The translations under genes and the position numbers were made by a program. The notes under the pieces were generated by a model, which was given only the letters and a program-made list of their open reading frames with translations, searched no databases and was not told where the DNA came from. This document shows, in pieces, positions 62,070-64,000 of a DNA stretch of 64,000 nucleotides (the first letter of the stretch is position 1; the number at the start of each line of letters is the position of its first letter). This stretch comes from a virus (lineage: Duplodnaviria; Caudoviricetes), in IMG/VR virus record IMGVR_UViG_3300031555_004294, positions 235,071 to 299,070 of that record. One strand, written 5' to 3'.

Positions 62070-62866
62070 TGGAGAAAGGAGTGAACTTTAAAATGGCTGG
62101 CGTTTTAGTAAAAAATAACACAGTAGCGTATGACTATGAAAGAATTGTAAAGGGACAATCATTTATTCGAATTTACAATGCTAAAGGTTTTTGCTTCATG
62201 CAATTTTCCGATATTAGCGAAGTAGGTTTCACTGCTTTCAAGATCTATAGACTAACCGAGGATACTTCAAGTGTATCTGGTAAGAAATACTATATTCGCA
62301 ATGGAAATACTTTTACACAAAGTTCTTTTGTAAAAGGTTGCTATGAAGAAGATAAATATGAAGTTGCTAGTGTTGCTGGTGTAGGTGCAGTAGCTGCTGA
62401 TGTAGTTGGTAATGTTGGTGCTGATAAGAAATTGACAGTAAAACTACCTGCAGGTATTTACACTCAAGATGCTTTACAGGTTTCTTTTAAGGCACCTTGC
62501 ACCAATGCTAGTGTATCAACATTAGTAATTGATGGTGAAGAATTTGCTTTAGTATCTGCAGATGGCACTTGTGTTGATAAGTATCTTTCTGGTTTCAAGA
62601 AGGATGACATCGTAACTGTTATCTTAGATTTAACTGCTCCTAAATCTGCAGTAGTTAGAGGATATACATTTGGTGGTAAAGCTCAAGTAAGTGACACTAT
62701 GCCTACAGATGAATCAGTTGACATATGGATCAATCCTAGCGGTGGATTTGGTAGTGATATAGATGACAAGGTAGAAGCAGATAGTAAGAACTTAATTACA
62801 TCTGGTGCAGTTTACGAGTATGTAAATGCAATGATAGCTAAATTGAAAGAAGAACTTTCAAACTAA
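62069..62866 (+). CDS. Tail-fibre-like protein
   Basis: Shares DSKNLITSGAV and PT...IWINP linkers with 61224-62069. Confidence 0.55.
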   Translation: MEKGVNFKMAGVLVKNNTVAYDYERIVKGQSFIRIYNAKGFCFMQFSDISEVGFTAFKIYRLTEDTSSVSGKKYYIRNGNTFTQSSFVKGCYEEDKYEVASVAGVGAVAADVVGNVGADKKLTVKLPAGIYTQDALQVSFKAPCTNASVSTLVIDGEEFALVSADGTCVDKYLSGFKKDDIVTVILDLTAPKSAVVRGYTFGGKAQVSDTMPTDESVDIWINPSGGFGSDIDDKVEADSKNLITSGAVYEYVNAMIAKLKEELSN

Positions 62867-63064
62867 CTAAAACATTTTAGAAAGGATAAATGGGTTTACT
62901 TTATCCATTTATCCTTTCCGTTAAGGATAATGAAAATCCTATAAATTTTTTGATGAAAAATATAGAAACTTTCTTTCATTACAGTCAACAAACTATTAAA
63001 ATGAGAAACGATCATTTTATGTATGACAGAACTATAAAAAATAAGGAAGGAGAAATAATTTAAC

Positions 63065-64000
63065 ATGCCTGGTGTTTTTAATATAAGAAACGCAAATACA
63101 CAAACTTTTACTGCTAGTGGAAATACTGTTACATTAGAATTTCAGCCAGCAAGTATTAAGTCTGTGACAATTAATGGAGTTACTACTACTGATTTTACTG
63201 TTGAACTCAATGTTATTACTTTTGGTAGCACACCTGCTAATGGTGCAACTATTGTAGTAAACTATACGTACTTTTCAAAAGTTCCAGTACTTAATGTTAT
63301 AGATGGATCAAATATTGAAGCTGAAAGTATTACTGCAGATAAGATTGCTGCAGGTGCTATTACTGCAGATAAACTTGCTTTAGGTGCTATCACCACAGAT
63401 AAGATTACTGGTATGGACCAGTATGCAAAGTTAGAAGACATTAATGATGCTGTAATACCTGAAAATGTTTTAACTGCAGATGATGTTGTAATTAGTGAGT
63501 CTACAAATGAGAATGGTATCACCGTACAAAAAATTACTGTTGGTGATAAAGAGTATACAAGTATTACTGATGGCGACTTTGTACTTACAAATGTAGGTTT
63601 AGGTGAGGAGAGTGGTACTTATACTAAGATTTCTTCGGATGGTCTATTAACTGCTAAGAATGCAGTTGTTTACGGTACTGTATATGCTACAGATGGTAAA
63701 TTTACTGGTGATATCGTAGCTAATTCGTTAACTTTAGGAAACGATGTTAAGATTTCTACTAGTAAGATCGATGGTATCGAACAGTATGCAAAGTTAAGTG
63801 ACATTAGCGGATCTGGTGAAGTAATTATCCCAAGTAACGTTATAACTGCAGATGAGGTAGAAATTAGTGAATCTACAACTGAAGATGGTGTTACTGTACA
63901 AACTATTAAAGTTGGTGATAAGGAATATACAAGTATCATTGGTGGTGACTTCGTTTTAACTAATGTAGGTTTAGGTCAAGAAGATGGTACTTATACTAAG
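63065..64000 (+). CDS. Large tail protein with internal repeats (3'-truncated by the window edge)
   Basis: ATG at 63065 behind AAGGAG, open to the window end; ITADKI motifs; duplicated block at about 63410-63630 and 63772-64000. Confidence 0.7.
   Translation, partial: MPGVFNIRNANTQTFTASGNTVTLEFQPASIKSVTINGVTTTDFTVELNVITFGSTPANGATIVVNYTYFSKVPVLNVIDGSNIEAESITADKIAAGAITADKLALGAITTDKITGMDQYAKLEDINDAVIPENVLTADDVVISESTNENGITVQKITVGDKEYTSITDGDFVLTNVGLGEESGTYTKISSDGLLTAKNAVVYGTVYATDGKFTGDIVANSLTLGNDVKISTSKIDGIEQYAKLSDISGSGEVIIPSNVITADEVEISESTTEDGVTVQTIKVGDKEYTSIIGGDFVLTNVGLGQEDGTYTK

Noticed and set aside
1-64000. tRNA or rRNA genes
   Set aside because: No cloverleaf or rRNA-like segments recognised by eye; tRNAscan was not run

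Overview
AT-rich segment of a jumbo phage genome of the PBS1/AR9/phiKZ type. The host is probably a spore-forming Firmicute, inferred from SpoIIID and SleB-like genes. The window encodes split multisubunit RNA polymerase beta subunits, GyrB/GyrA, NAD-dependent ligase, RecA/UvsX, HU, an SNF2 helicase, two dCMP-type deaminases, a MoxR-AAA/vWA pair and tail-fibre-like genes at the right end. The main result is an RNA-guided TIGR-Tas-like system. It consists of a Nop/IS110-related protein with no recognisable nuclease domain (27994-29043) and three separate 36-nt-period dual-repeat arrays (AATGAATCA-9 nt-ANAGTATCA-9 nt; about 39 units) at 10.3, 17.1 and 27.4 kb. Two of the arrays are orphans, and one spacer pair is shared between arrays. 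Also found: an RNAP beta-C gene hidden by two group I introns (56728-58206), an AR9-type late promoter (AACA-N6-TA) at 15 sites, a bipartite early promoter, and two candidate structured ncRNAs. All calls come from manual motif reading; no database search was run.
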